A program made the position numbers and the translations under genes. Positions 28,522 to 38,013 of a DNA stretch of 64,000 bases are shown here, piece after piece. The stretch's first letter is position 1; every line of letters starts with the position of its first letter. Source of the stretch: Burkholderiaceae bacterium (GTDB lineage Bacteria > Pseudomonadota > Gammaproteobacteria > Burkholderiales > Burkholderiaceae_F); assembly GCA_035429805.1 (NCBI GenBank), contig DAOMFL010000003.1, positions 7,677 through 71,676 of the forward strand, written 5' to 3'. The notes beneath the pieces were generated by a model, which saw only the letters and a program-made list of their open reading frames with translations, ran no database searches and was not told where the DNA came from.

Positions 28522-30360
28522 TCAGGCTACCCGCACCGATTCAGACGCAGCACCCGACCGCTCGCGCTCGCGGCTCTGGATGTCCCACATCGCGGCGTAG
28601 GCCCCGCGCCGCTGCAGCAGCTCGGCATGCGTTCCGCGCTCGACGATGCGGCCGTGATCCATCACCAGGATCTGATGGGCGTGCACGACCGTGGACAGAC
28701 GGTGCGCGATGACCAGCGTCGTGCGCGTGCGGGAAATCGACTCGAGCTCCTGCTGGATGACCTGCTCGGTGCGGGAGTCGAGCGCCGAAGTGGCTTCGTC
28801 GAACACCAGGATCGCCGGGTCCTTGAGCAGCGTGCGGGCAATCGCCACCCGCTGCTTCTCCCCGCCGGAGAGCTTGAGTCCGCGCTCGCCCACCAGCGTG
28901 GCATAGCCGTCCGGCAGCGACTCGATGAAATCGTGAATGTGGGCGGCACGGGCGGCGGCCACCACGGCGTCGCGCCCGGACCCGGGCCGGCCGTAGGCGA
29001 TGTTGTATTCGATCGTGTCGTTGAACAGCACGGTGTCCTGCGGCACGATGCCGATCGCCGCGCGCAGACTCTGCTGCGTGACCGAACGAACGTCCTGCCC
29101 GTCGATTTTCACGGCGCCGCTGCCGACGTCGTAAAATCGGAACAGCAGCCGCGCCAGCGTGGACTTGCCCGATCCGGTGGCGCCGACGACGGCCGTCGTC
29201 GTGCCGCCTGCAATCGTGAAGTCGACGTCGCGCAGCACCGGACGGCGTGGGTCGTAGGCGAATTCCACGTGCTCGAAGCGGACCGCCGCGGCGCCGATCA
29301 CCAGCGGTCGCGCGTCCGATGCGTCGGCGATTTCGCGGTTCTGCTCGAGCAGCAAGAACATCCGGTCCATGTCGATCAGGCTCTGCTTGATCTCGCGGTA
29401 GATGACGCCGAGGAAGTTGAGCGGGATGTAGAGCTGGATCATGAAGGCGTTGACCAGCACCAGGTCGCCGATCGTCATGCGGCCATCGACAACGCCGACC
29501 GCCGCGCGCCACAGGATCAGCGTCAGCGCGATCGCGATGATCACCTGCTGCCCGGCGTTGAGCACGTTGAGCGACTGCTGCGACATGACGGCGGTGCGCT
29601 GGCTCGCGGCCAGCGTTTCGTCGTAGCGGCGCGCCTCGTAGTCCTCGTTGCCGAAGTACTTCACCGTCTCGAAGTTGAGCAGCGAATCGACCGCCCGAGA
29701 CTGCGCTTTCGTCTCCAGTTCGTTCCAGCGGCGCCGCACGACGGTGCGCCAGTTGGTCACCGTGACCGTGAAGACGATGTAGAAGGCCAGGCTGACGCCG
29801 ACGATCACCGCGAACCAGACCTCGTAGTTCCAGACCAGGTAAGCGACCACCAGCGTGATCTCGATCAGCGTCGGCAGGATCGAATACAGCGTGAAGCTGA
29901 TCAGCGACGAGATGCCGCGGATGCCATGGTCGATCTCGCGCGTGACCGCGCCCATGCGCCGCTCGAGGTGATAGCGCAGCGACAGCGAGTGCAGGTGCCG
30001 GAATGTCTTCAGCGCGAGCGTGCGCATGGCCGCCTGCGTCACGTTGACGAAGAAGAATTCGCGCAGCTCGGTGAAGAGCGACGTCGATAGCCGCAGCAGG
30101 CCGTAACCGACGACCAGCGCCACCGGAACGATCAGCATTCCCGCCGCGCCCTGCGCCCTTGGCGACAGGCTGTCGACAATCCCCTTCAGCAGGATCGGCA
30201 CGCTGACCGTGGCGAGTTTCGCCGCGACCAGGCACGCCAGCGCGAACAGCACGCGCCCCTTGTAGGCCCACAGGTAGGGCAGCAACGTACGCAGCGTGCG
30301 CCAGTCGGCGCGCTCGGTGCGCGTCGATGGCAGGGCTTCGTGGGGAGTGGACCACCTCAT
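28522..30360 (-). CDS. ABC exporter, fused permease/ATPase, Atm1/ABCB7-type
   Basis: 612 aa, six-helix TMD, then Walker A GATGSGKST, LSGGEKQR, FDEATSALD. The N-terminal WRTLRTLLPYLWAYKGRV is typical of Atm1-like exporters. Confidence 0.85.
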   Translation of the reverse strand: MRWSTPHEALPSTRTERADWRTLRTLLPYLWAYKGRVLFALACLVAAKLATVSVPILLKGIVDSLSPRAQGAAGMLIVPVALVVGYGLLRLSTSLFTELREFFFVNVTQAAMRTLALKTFRHLHSLSLRYHLERRMGAVTREIDHGIRGISSLISFTLYSILPTLIEITLVVAYLVWNYEVWFAVIVGVSLAFYIVFTVTVTNWRTVVRRRWNELETKAQSRAVDSLLNFETVKYFGNEDYEARRYDETLAASQRTAVMSQQSLNVLNAGQQVIIAIALTLILWRAAVGVVDGRMTIGDLVLVNAFMIQLYIPLNFLGVIYREIKQSLIDMDRMFLLLEQNREIADASDARPLVIGAAAVRFEHVEFAYDPRRPVLRDVDFTIAGGTTTAVVGATGSGKSTLARLLFRFYDVGSGAVKIDGQDVRSVTQQSLRAAIGIVPQDTVLFNDTIEYNIAYGRPGSGRDAVVAAARAAHIHDFIESLPDGYATLVGERGLKLSGGEKQRVAIARTLLKDPAILVFDEATSALDSRTEQVIQQELESISRTRTTLVIAHRLSTVVHAHQILVMDHGRIVERGTHAELLQRRGAYAAMWDIQSRERERSGAASESVRVA

Positions 30361-30374
30361 CAGGAGTCGCCGCT

Positions 30375-30548
30375 CACGTACGCGACCCTTCGGGTCGCAC
30401 GTGCGCTCGCGGCGGGACGCCCGCTCCGCGTGCGCTTGGTAGTGTCGGCTTCGCTCCGGAGCGGCCGTGCGCTGCGCCGAACATCAACTGCACGGCACCC
30501 TCCCCTCTATCCCGCCTGGCGGGAGGGTGACCGAGCGATGCGTACACT
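30375..30548. repeat. Single-arm copy (about 174 bp) of the MITE/REP-like element seen at 2761-3151
   Basis: cACGTACGC ... GCGTACAc ends. Collinear similarity (roughly three quarters by eye) to 2761-2925, including GCACGTGC.CTCG and GTCGGCT.CGCTCCGGAGCGGCC. Terminal 9-bp stem CACCCTCCC/GGGAGGGTG. Confidence 0.7.
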
Positions 30549-30592
30549 CGCGCAGAGTTGGCAACATTGCGCGATTATCCACTCGCCAAGAC

Positions 30593-31429
30593 ATGAGCTT
30601 TGCGGGCAAATCCGTTGTGATTACCGGGGCCAGTGACGGCATCGGCGCGGAGCTGGCGCGGCAGCTGGCGCGCGAGGGCGCGAAGCTTGCACTGGCAGCA
30701 CGCACGCAGCAAGCCCTGGAGCGCGCGGCGGCCGAGTGCCGCGCCCTCGGTGCGGAGGCGATCGAGGTTGTCACCGATGTCGGCGTCGAGGAGGACTGCC
30801 GGCGCCTGATCGAGCGGGCGGTCGCGGCGTTCGGAGGCATCGACGTGCTGGTGGCGAACGCCGGCATTTCGATGCATGCGCGCTTCACCGGGATCGACGA
30901 CTTCACCACCTTCGAACGGCTGTTCCGCATCAATGCGATGGGCACGATCTGGTGCGTCCGGCACGCCTACCCGCACCTGAAGCAGGCACGCGGGCTCATC
31001 GTGGGCGTGTCGTCGCTCGCCGGTCGCACCGGCGTGCCGGAACGCACGACCTACTGCACCAGCAAGTTCGCGCAATCCGGGTTTCTCGACGCGCTGCGGA
31101 TCGAAGCGGCGGACGACGGCATTGCGGTGATGGTGGCATTTCCCGGCGTCGTCGCCACTGAGATCAGGCGCCGCGGCTGGAACGGTCGCGGCGAACCCGC
31201 CGGAGTCTCGGGCCTGTCCGAAGCCGGGGCGATGCCGGTGGACGAATGTGCCCGGCTCATCGTCGACGGCATGCGCGCCCGGCGTCGTGAGGTCGTGATG
31301 ACCGCGCGCGGCCGCATCGGCCTCTGGCTCAAGATGCTGGCGCCCGGCCTGGTGGACCGGATGGCACGGGCCGCGCTGGCCAATTCGCCCGATGCGGGCA
31401 CGCAGGATTCATCCAGGAGGCCGTCATGA
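30593..31429 (+). CDS. Short-chain dehydrogenase/reductase
   Basis: 278 aa, TGASDGIG cofactor motif, NAG, YxxxK (YCTSK). Confidence 0.85.
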   Translation: MSFAGKSVVITGASDGIGAELARQLAREGAKLALAARTQQALERAAAECRALGAEAIEVVTDVGVEEDCRRLIERAVAAFGGIDVLVANAGISMHARFTGIDDFTTFERLFRINAMGTIWCVRHAYPHLKQARGLIVGVSSLAGRTGVPERTTYCTSKFAQSGFLDALRIEAADDGIAVMVAFPGVVATEIRRRGWNGRGEPAGVSGLSEAGAMPVDECARLIVDGMRARRREVVMTARGRIGLWLKMLAPGLVDRMARAALANSPDAGTQDSSRRPS

Positions 31430-31821
31430 CGAGCGCGACGCAGTTGCCAGAGGACCAGGTCGCGGTGCTGCGCATGATGCCGATGCCATCGGACGCGAAC
31501 ATCCACGGCGACGTGTTCGGCGGCTGGATCATGTCGCACGTCGACATCGCCGGTGCGATACCGGCCGCACGCCGCGCCTCGGGACGGGTGGCGACGGTCG
31601 CGGTGACGTCGTTCCTGTTCAAGCAGCCGGTCTTCGTCGGCGATCTCGTCAGCTTCTACGCCAACGTCCTGAAGACCGGCCGCACCTCGGTGACGGTCGA
31701 GGTCGAGGTGTACGCCGAGCGCAACCGCCTGCAGAAGGAGGTGGTGAAGGTGACCGAGGCGACGCTGGTCTACGTGGCGACCGACGAGCACCGGCAGCCG
31801 CGGCCGCTGCCGGCGCTGTAG
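31426..31821 (+). CDS. Acyl-CoA thioesterase, YciA-like hotdog fold
   Basis: 131 aa, ATGA overlap with the SDR gene. NIHGDVFGGWIMSHVD motif. Confidence 0.85.
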   Translation: MTSATQLPEDQVAVLRMMPMPSDANIHGDVFGGWIMSHVDIAGAIPAARRASGRVATVAVTSFLFKQPVFVGDLVSFYANVLKTGRTSVTVEVEVYAERNRLQKEVVKVTEATLVYVATDEHRQPRPLPAL

Positions 31822-31840
31822 AGCGGCGTCCGGACCGGCG

Positions 31841-33232
31841 TCAGTACGCCAGTTCCGCGGCGGTGCGTCCGGCGAGGTAGCCGCCGACCACGGCCGCCAG
31901 CAGGCCGTTGCCCTCGAGGTAGCCGCCTCCGGCGTCGCCAGAGAGTCCTCGCGCCGCGCCGCCGGCTGCCAGCAGGTTCGGCAGCGCACTGCCGTCGGCC
32001 CGCAGCACGCGCCCTCCCGCATCGATCGCGAGCCCGCCCTCGGTGCCGAGCAGCGCGCTCGTCACCTGCACTCCGTAGTACGGACCGAGCAGCATCTGCG
32101 ACGCATGGAAGCTGCGGCCGAAGTCGTCGATGTCGTCCTCGAACGCGAGCGCGTTCACGAGTGCCACCGTCTGCTCGAGTCCGGCGCGGTCGATTCCCAG
32201 CGTTTCGGCAAGGTCGCGAAGCGTGGAACCGCGCTTGATCAGCCCGTTGGCAACCGCCTCCGGATAGTTGGGCATCGTCAGCCCCACCTCGTGGATGCGC
32301 TCGTCGTAGATGTTGAAGGCAATGCCCTCCGGCTGCGCCAGCACGAAGAGCGCGCTTTCGGAGTAGCCCTCATGCTCGTTGCCGAAGCGCTCGCCGAGAC
32401 GGTTCACCTGGATCGCGCCCTCGGTCATCAGCGCCCACGGCAACTGCAGCCTTTGCGGCATGACGACCGAGCTGTGCGCCTGGAAGCCATCCAGGTCCTC
32501 GACCGCGGCGCCGAGTTCGCCGCCCCACGCCAGCGCATCGCCCTGGCTGCCCGTGTGCCCGGCAAACGGCAGCGTCCGCACATCGGGCAGATGGCGCGCC
32601 ACCAGTTCCGCATTGCCCGCAAAGCCGTTGGTCGCGACGACCAGCACCGAGCAGCCGACGTCGACCGTCTCGCGTTCGCCGCGCAGGACACGCACGCCGA
32701 GCACGCGCTGTTCGCCGTCAACATAGAGATCGGTCACGCGGGAGCCCGGCTGCATGCGCACGCCGCGGGCCGCGAGCGCCCGGTACAGCGCCGAGAGGAA
32801 CGCCGTGCCGCCCCGCTCGGCCAGCGAATGCATGCGCGCCGCCGTGTGCCCCGGCGCCGTTCCCTCGACGAGTTCGAAGCCGACTCCGCAGGCTGTCTCG
32901 ATCCAGTCGATCGTCCCGGCGGCCGCGCGCGTGTAAGCCTCGACCAGGTGCGCAGCCGAGCGGCCGTTCGACTTCGACTGGATGTCGTCGGCGAACTGCT
33001 CCGGGGAATCGCTGATCTCGCGCGCCTTCTGCGCGCGCGTGCCGGCTGCCGGGATCATTCCCGAAGAAGACGCGGTCGCGCCGGTCGGCGCGGCGTCGCG
33101 CTCGAGCACCAGCACCTTGGCCCCGACGTCGCGCGCGGAGAGCGCGGCCAGCGCGCCGGCGGCGCCGGCACCGATGACGATGACCGGCACCGACGTCGAG
33201 AAGTGCGGAATTCGGTCGCGTATGACAGCCAT
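31841..33232 (-). CDS. FAD-binding oxidoreductase (fumarate-reductase/KstD-like flavoprotein)
   Basis: 463 aa from ATG 33232. Dinucleotide motif VIVIGAGAAGALAA...VLVLER; C-terminal ...NLLAAGGAA. Confidence 0.8.
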   Translation of the reverse strand: MAVIRDRIPHFSTSVPVIVIGAGAAGALAALSARDVGAKVLVLERDAAPTGATASSSGMIPAAGTRAQKAREISDSPEQFADDIQSKSNGRSAAHLVEAYTRAAAGTIDWIETACGVGFELVEGTAPGHTAARMHSLAERGGTAFLSALYRALAARGVRMQPGSRVTDLYVDGEQRVLGVRVLRGERETVDVGCSVLVVATNGFAGNAELVARHLPDVRTLPFAGHTGSQGDALAWGGELGAAVEDLDGFQAHSSVVMPQRLQLPWALMTEGAIQVNRLGERFGNEHEGYSESALFVLAQPEGIAFNIYDERIHEVGLTMPNYPEAVANGLIKRGSTLRDLAETLGIDRAGLEQTVALVNALAFEDDIDDFGRSFHASQMLLGPYYGVQVTSALLGTEGGLAIDAGGRVLRADGSALPNLLAAGGAARGLSGDAGGGYLEGNGLLAAVVGGYLAGRTAAELAY

Positions 33233-33242
33233 GCCGGGAGCG

Positions 33243-34565
33243 TCAGTAGGCCGCCAGTTGCGCCTCGATCCAGCTCGCTGCGGCCAGCGCGCGCTCGTCC
33301 TCGCCCGGCCGCGCGACCACCTGCAGCCCGAGCGGCAGCCCGCTTTCGCCGCGCGCGATCGTTGTCGGCACGGGCACGTTGATCTGCGGTCCGCCAAGGA
33401 AGTGCCACGGCCGGTTGAACTGCGGATCACCGGTGGCGCCCAGCCCCAGTGGTGCCTCGCCCGGAGCGCTCGGCGTCAGCACGACCTCGGCGTCACCGAA
33501 CAGCAGGTCGAGTGCGGCTACACACTGGCGCCCGACCTGCAGCGCCTCGACGTACTCGGGACCGCTCACCGCCCGTCCCTCGTCGATCAGCGATGCGAGC
33601 CGGCTCGACAGCAGCTCGCGCCGGTACTGCGCCTCGGGGCCGAGTTGCCTTGCCGTTTCGAACAGCTGCACGATGCGCTGCGCGTCGGCGAGGCGCGAGA
33701 AGGCCGGCTGGTCGCCAGACGCCTCATACGGCCAGGCGATTTCGCGCACCCGCGCGCCGCGCGCGCCGAGCAGCCGTGCCACCTTCTCGAGCGCCGCCAG
33801 CATCGACGGCGCTAGCTGCGCCTGCCACGGCGTCGCCGTCCACGCGATCCGCGGCGCCTGCGCCTTGGCCGGCGCGTGCTGCCACTGCGGCCTCAACGCC
33901 ATGCTGGCCGCCACGAACGCGACCTCCTCCACGCTGCGCGCGAATGCGCCCACCACGTCGAGCGTGTCCGACACCGGCTTCACGCCGGAGCGAGGCACCG
34001 CGCCCCGCGTCGGCACGAATCCGACGACACCGCAAAATGACGCCGGCCGGATCACCGAGCCCGCCGTCTGGGTGCCGAGCGCAAACGGCGCCATGAGCGC
34101 CGCGACCGCAGCCGCCGATCCGCTCGAAGAGCCGCCGGGCGTGTGTCCGAGCCCGCGCGGGTTGTGCGTCGGCCCCGGGGTGAAGTTGGCGAGCTCCGCG
34201 GTCACGGTCTTGCCGAATACGTAGGCGCCGGCACTGCGCAGGGCAGCGACGCACGCGGCATCGGCCTGCGGCACGTGACCGAGAAAGATCGCCGAGCCGT
34301 ACTCGCTCGCGATGTCGGCCGTGTCGATGTTGTCCTTCACGGCCACCGGCAGGCCATGCAGCGGTCCGCGCCAGTCGACGCGATCGAGTTCGCGCGCGGT
34401 CTCGAGCGCGCGGGCCGGTTCGACCCAGGCGAACGCGCGCACCTGCGGTTCCTGCTCATGGAGCGCGTCGACGAACGAATGGGTGACCGCTTCGCAACTG
34501 ACTTCATGCGCGGCGATCATGCGCGCCAGCCGCGTGGCCGGCATTCGATTCAGTGGTGTCTTCAT
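33243..34565 (-). CDS. Amidase (amidase-signature family)
   Basis: 440 aa, AS motif TPGGSSSGSAAAVA, catalytic K region VAVKDNI. Confidence 0.9.
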   Translation of the reverse strand: MKTPLNRMPATRLARMIAAHEVSCEAVTHSFVDALHEQEPQVRAFAWVEPARALETARELDRVDWRGPLHGLPVAVKDNIDTADIASEYGSAIFLGHVPQADAACVAALRSAGAYVFGKTVTAELANFTPGPTHNPRGLGHTPGGSSSGSAAAVAALMAPFALGTQTAGSVIRPASFCGVVGFVPTRGAVPRSGVKPVSDTLDVVGAFARSVEEVAFVAASMALRPQWQHAPAKAQAPRIAWTATPWQAQLAPSMLAALEKVARLLGARGARVREIAWPYEASGDQPAFSRLADAQRIVQLFETARQLGPEAQYRRELLSSRLASLIDEGRAVSGPEYVEALQVGRQCVAALDLLFGDAEVVLTPSAPGEAPLGLGATGDPQFNRPWHFLGGPQINVPVPTTIARGESGLPLGLQVVARPGEDERALAAASWIEAQLAAY

Positions 34566-34716
34566 TGTGCCCCCGACGCATCGAATCTACCGCACGCGCC
34601 GCCGTGACCGGCTGCCGGCAGTCAAGGAAAAAGGGCGTCTGCAGAGGCCCTGTTTCTGACGCCCTACACCGTCCGGCGGATTGCCGGCCCCGCGGGCGCT
34701 GCGACCGCCCCGCCGC

Positions 34717-35544
34717 TCAGAGGAACAGGTCCGGCATCAGCTGGCGGCTGCCGGGCACCACTGAATACCTGCCGAGGTCGGTGACGCCCGCCTTCGCAAG
34801 CACTTCCTCGTCGATGAAGAAGTTGCCGGTCGTCGTCGCAGACTCCGAGGTGAGGATGGCGTGGGCGGCGTCCGCCATGATTTCGGGCGTGCGGCAATGC
34901 TCGGGTCGCACGCCCGGAATCATCTGCAGCGCGGCGGTCTGGATGACGGTGCGCGGCCACAACGCGTTGACGGCGATGCCGTAGGGGCGGAACTCCTCGG
35001 CGTGCCCGAGCACGCACATGCTCATGCCGTACTTCGCCATCGTGTAGGCGACGTGCGGCGCGAACCAGCGCGGTTCCATGTTGAGCGGCGGCGACAGCGT
35101 CAGGATGTGCGGATTGCGCTTGCGCTCGCCCGACTGCTTGAGATACGGCAGGCAGGCCTGCGTACAGAGGAAGGTGCCGCGCACGTTGACGCCGAACATC
35201 AGGTCGAAGCGCTTCATCGGCGTCGTCTCGGTCGGCGTCAGGTTGATAGCGCTGGCATTGTTGATCAGGATGTCGATGCCGCCGAAGGTCTCGGCGGCCT
35301 TCCTCGCTGCGCCGACGACCTGATCCTCGTCCCGGATATCACACTGAATGGCCAGCGCCCTGCCGCCGGCCGCTTCGATCTCGGCGGCGGCGCTGTGGAT
35401 CGTGCCCGGCAGCCTGGGATTCGGATCTGCGGTCTTGGCGGCGATGGCGACATTGGCGCCGTCGGCGGCTGCGCGCTTGACGATTGCCAGCCCGATGCCG
35501 CGCGAGGCGCCCGAGATGAAGATGGTCCTGCCCTTGAGGTTCAT
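34717..35544 (-). CDS. SDR family oxidoreductase (HSDL2-like)
   Basis: 275 aa from ATG 35544. ISGASRGIG, NNAS, YTMAK. The longer ORF 34717..36657 is shadow. Confidence 0.85.
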   Translation of the reverse strand: MNLKGRTIFISGASRGIGLAIVKRAAADGANVAIAAKTADPNPRLPGTIHSAAAEIEAAGGRALAIQCDIRDEDQVVGAARKAAETFGGIDILINNASAINLTPTETTPMKRFDLMFGVNVRGTFLCTQACLPYLKQSGERKRNPHILTLSPPLNMEPRWFAPHVAYTMAKYGMSMCVLGHAEEFRPYGIAVNALWPRTVIQTAALQMIPGVRPEHCRTPEIMADAAHAILTSESATTTGNFFIDEEVLAKAGVTDLGRYSVVPGSRQLMPDLFL

Positions 35545-36290
35545 GCGGTCTCCCGAATGGTGGCTTCGCGCGCATCGTCGCGCACGAGGTGAACGATGCG
35601 GTCGGCGAGACGATCGGCGACGCGCGCGTAGAGCGCCGGCGCCGGATGGAAGCCGTCCTCGCAGAAGAGATCCGGGCGCGCGATGCCGTCCATCACGACG
35701 TGCGTGACCCCGGGGTGCCGCGCGGCCCAGCGGGCCTGCGCGCGGTTGTTGCGGCGTGCAGCCTGGCCCGCGTACCAGGCGAGCGGTCGCGGCAGCGCCG
35801 GGAACTTCTCCATTTCCGGCAGCGATGGAAAGACGACGTGACGCACGCCGGCGTGCACCTGCAGCCAGTCGGACATGAGCATGCGCTGGCGGATCGCAAA
35901 TGCGAGCGGCACGTCCTTCGTGATGTCGTTGACGCCGACGATGACGACCGCGACATCGGCGGCACGTGGTCGCGCACGGATCAGCCGCTGCACCACGCCT
36001 TCGGACGTCAGGCCGGATTCGGCCACGAGCTGCCAGGCCACCGCGCCTTCCAGTCCCCGCGCGAGCCGCTCGGCCATCGGCACCACCAGCGCGTCGCGCT
36101 GCGTCCGCGCGCCAACCCCCAGGGCACTTGAATCGCCTGCGACCAGCAGCCGCAACACCGGTGGACCGCGCCCCGCGATGCCGCGCCGCGGGCCGTCCGG
36201 CTCCGGCAGTTCGATCGCCGTGCGGCGCAAGCGCAGCGCCTGGGCCGCCAGCAGGGGCCCGAGCGCCAGCCGTGTCGCGATGTCCAGCAT
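35541..36290 (-). CDS. SGNH/GDSL hydrolase family protein
   Basis: 249 aa, blocks AGDSS, GVNDI, DGFHP. The stop overlaps the SDR start (ATGA). Confidence 0.75.
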   Translation of the reverse strand: MLDIATRLALGPLLAAQALRLRRTAIELPEPDGPRRGIAGRGPPVLRLLVAGDSSALGVGARTQRDALVVPMAERLARGLEGAVAWQLVAESGLTSEGVVQRLIRARPRAADVAVVIVGVNDITKDVPLAFAIRQRMLMSDWLQVHAGVRHVVFPSLPEMEKFPALPRPLAWYAGQAARRNNRAQARWAARHPGVTHVVMDGIARPDLFCEDGFHPAPALYARVADRLADRIVHLVRDDAREATIRETA

Positions 36291-36293
36291 TTC

Positions 36294-36722
36294 TCAGCCT
36301 TTGGGCCAGAGGATCATCTGCGTGCAGCGGAACAGCGCAATCGTCTTGCCGCTTTCGACGTGCGTCACGACGGCGTCCCACACCTGCGTGGTCCGGCCCT
36401 GGTGTGCCGAGGTCGCGACCGAGCGCAATGTGCCTTCGGTGGCGGTGCCGATGAAGTTGGACTTCAGTTCGATCGTCGTGAAGTTGGTCGCGCCCTCCGG
36501 CAGGTGCGCGATCGTCGCGTAGCCCGCGGAGGTGTCCGCCAGCGCGATGACCGATGCGGCATGCAGGAAGCCGTTGGGCGCGAGGTACTGCGGCCGGATC
36601 CGGTATTCCATCGTCAGGCTGCCTTCGCGCACCTCGACGACCTTCATGCTGAACCACCCCGGCAGGTTGTCACCCGAGCGGCTATTGAGCTTCTCGAGCG
36701 TCATCTCGTGGCGCAGCGCCAT
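36294..36722 (-). CDS. PaaI-family hotdog thioesterase
   Basis: 142 aa, ...NGFLHAASVIALADTSAGYA..., typical PaaI/4HBT class II pattern. Confidence 0.8.
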   Translation of the reverse strand: MALRHEMTLEKLNSRSGDNLPGWFSMKVVEVREGSLTMEYRIRPQYLAPNGFLHAASVIALADTSAGYATIAHLPEGATNFTTIELKSNFIGTATEGTLRSVATSAHQGRTTQVWDAVVTHVESGKTIALFRCTQMILWPKG

Positions 36723-36740
36723 GACGGGCTCCCGCGTGTC

Positions 36741-37505
36741 CTAGCTGAAGCGCGAGAAATCCGGCTTGCGCCGCTCGAAGAAGGCGGTGAATGCCTCCTT
36801 CGCCTCGGCGCTGCGCAGCATCTTCTCGAATGACTTCGCCTCCTCGACGATCAGTTTCTCGGTCATCGCCTTCCACGACATCTTCATCAGGCGCTTGGTC
36901 TCGCGCACCGAGGCCGGCGGCAGGGCATTGAAGCGCTCGGCCTGCCGGATCGCATGGTCGAGCACCTCGCCCGGAGGCAGGATGCGGTTGACGATGCGCA
37001 TCTCGAGCGCCTCCTCGGCGCTGATCGGCTCGGCCAGCAGCAGCTTCTCCACTGCCTTGTGGTAGCCGGCCGCGAGCGGAATCGTCAGGCTCGACGCGAA
37101 CTCCGAGCACAGTCCGAGCGAGACGAACGGCATCGAGAACATCGCGTTGTCGGCGCAGTAGACAAGGTCGCAGTGCATCAGCATCGTCGTGCCGATGCCG
37201 ACTGCCGCTCCGTTCACGGCGGCGACCACCGGCTTTTCCGACAGACCCAGAGCCTGCATGAACTGGAACACCGGCGCGTCCATTCCGGTCGGCGGGTTCT
37301 TCATGAAGTCTTCGAGGTCGTTGCCGGCCGTGAAGATGTCCTGCCCGCCATGAATCAGGATTGCGCGCACCGTTCCGTCGTCGTGCGCGGCACCGATCGC
37401 ATCGGCCATTGCCTGGTACATCGCAACGGTGATCGCGTTCTTCTTACCGGGCCGCGCAATCGCGATGCGTGCCACACCGTTCTTCGTCTCGACTGCAATG
37501 CTCAC
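36741..37505 (-). CDS. Enoyl-CoA hydratase/isomerase (crotonase family)
   Basis: 254 aa, GTG start after AAGGAG. ...ILIHGGQDIFTAGNDL..., VVAAVNGAAVGIG. Confidence 0.9.
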   Translation of the reverse strand: MSIAVETKNGVARIAIARPGKKNAITVAMYQAMADAIGAAHDDGTVRAILIHGGQDIFTAGNDLEDFMKNPPTGMDAPVFQFMQALGLSEKPVVAAVNGAAVGIGTTMLMHCDLVYCADNAMFSMPFVSLGLCSEFASSLTIPLAAGYHKAVEKLLLAEPISAEEALEMRIVNRILPPGEVLDHAIRQAERFNALPPASVRETKRLMKMSWKAMTEKLIVEEAKSFEKMLRSAEAKEAFTAFFERRKPDFSRFS

Positions 37506-37526
37506 GGACTCTCCTTCGAATCGATC

Positions 37527-38006
37527 TCACTTGCCGTCGCGGCTGGTCAGCGCGACGAACTGCGCGAATTCCTTCAGCGACTTCGCCGCCTTGGCGCGCA
37601 CCTTGTCGCGCACCAGCGGGGTGGGGCCGAGCAGCCAGCCTTTCCATCCCAGCGCCTGGCCCGACCAGCGCCAGAAGCTGAAGTCGTCCACCTGCTGGAC
37701 GATCTTTCCGGCCGCGATCACCATCTCGGTGTGCACCTTGTTCACGACCACTCGCTTCGTCGGGGTGAATGTGTAGCGTGCAGTCCAGTCGACTTTGGCG
37801 TGGTCTGCCGTGTCCTCGAGGATGTTGACGCTGACTTCGAGGTCCTCGGCTTCCGACAGCAGCATCTGCCACATCAGCCGCACTCCCTGCGCCGTCAGGC
37901 GCGGAAACACCGGGTCACGGAAGGTGGCATGGTTCGCATACAGCAGGCCCATGGTGTAGTGGTCCCGCACCATGAAAGCCTCGTAGAAGCGCTCGGCGAC
38001 ACCCAT
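37527..38006 (-). CDS. NTF2/SnoaL-like small protein
   Basis: 159 aa from ATG 38006. The N-terminal ERFYEAFMVRDHYTMGLLYANHATFRDPVF pattern is typical of SnoaL-like folds. Confidence 0.55.
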   Translation of the reverse strand: MGVAERFYEAFMVRDHYTMGLLYANHATFRDPVFPRLTAQGVRLMWQMLLSEAEDLEVSVNILEDTADHAKVDWTARYTFTPTKRVVVNKVHTEMVIAAGKIVQQVDDFSFWRWSGQALGWKGWLLGPTPLVRDKVRAKAAKSLKEFAQFVALTSRDGK

Positions 38007-38013
38007 GACGCCC

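Noticed and set aside
28541-30355. 604-aa alternative frame and other long frames over the ABC exporter
   Set aside because: The 28522..30360 frame has complete Walker A/B and signature motifs. The other frames are Arg/Gly/Ala-rich shadows.
34717-36657. 646-aa extension of the SDR gene
   Set aside because: Only the last 275 codons match an SDR. The upstream part overlaps the SGNH and PaaI genes in another frame.
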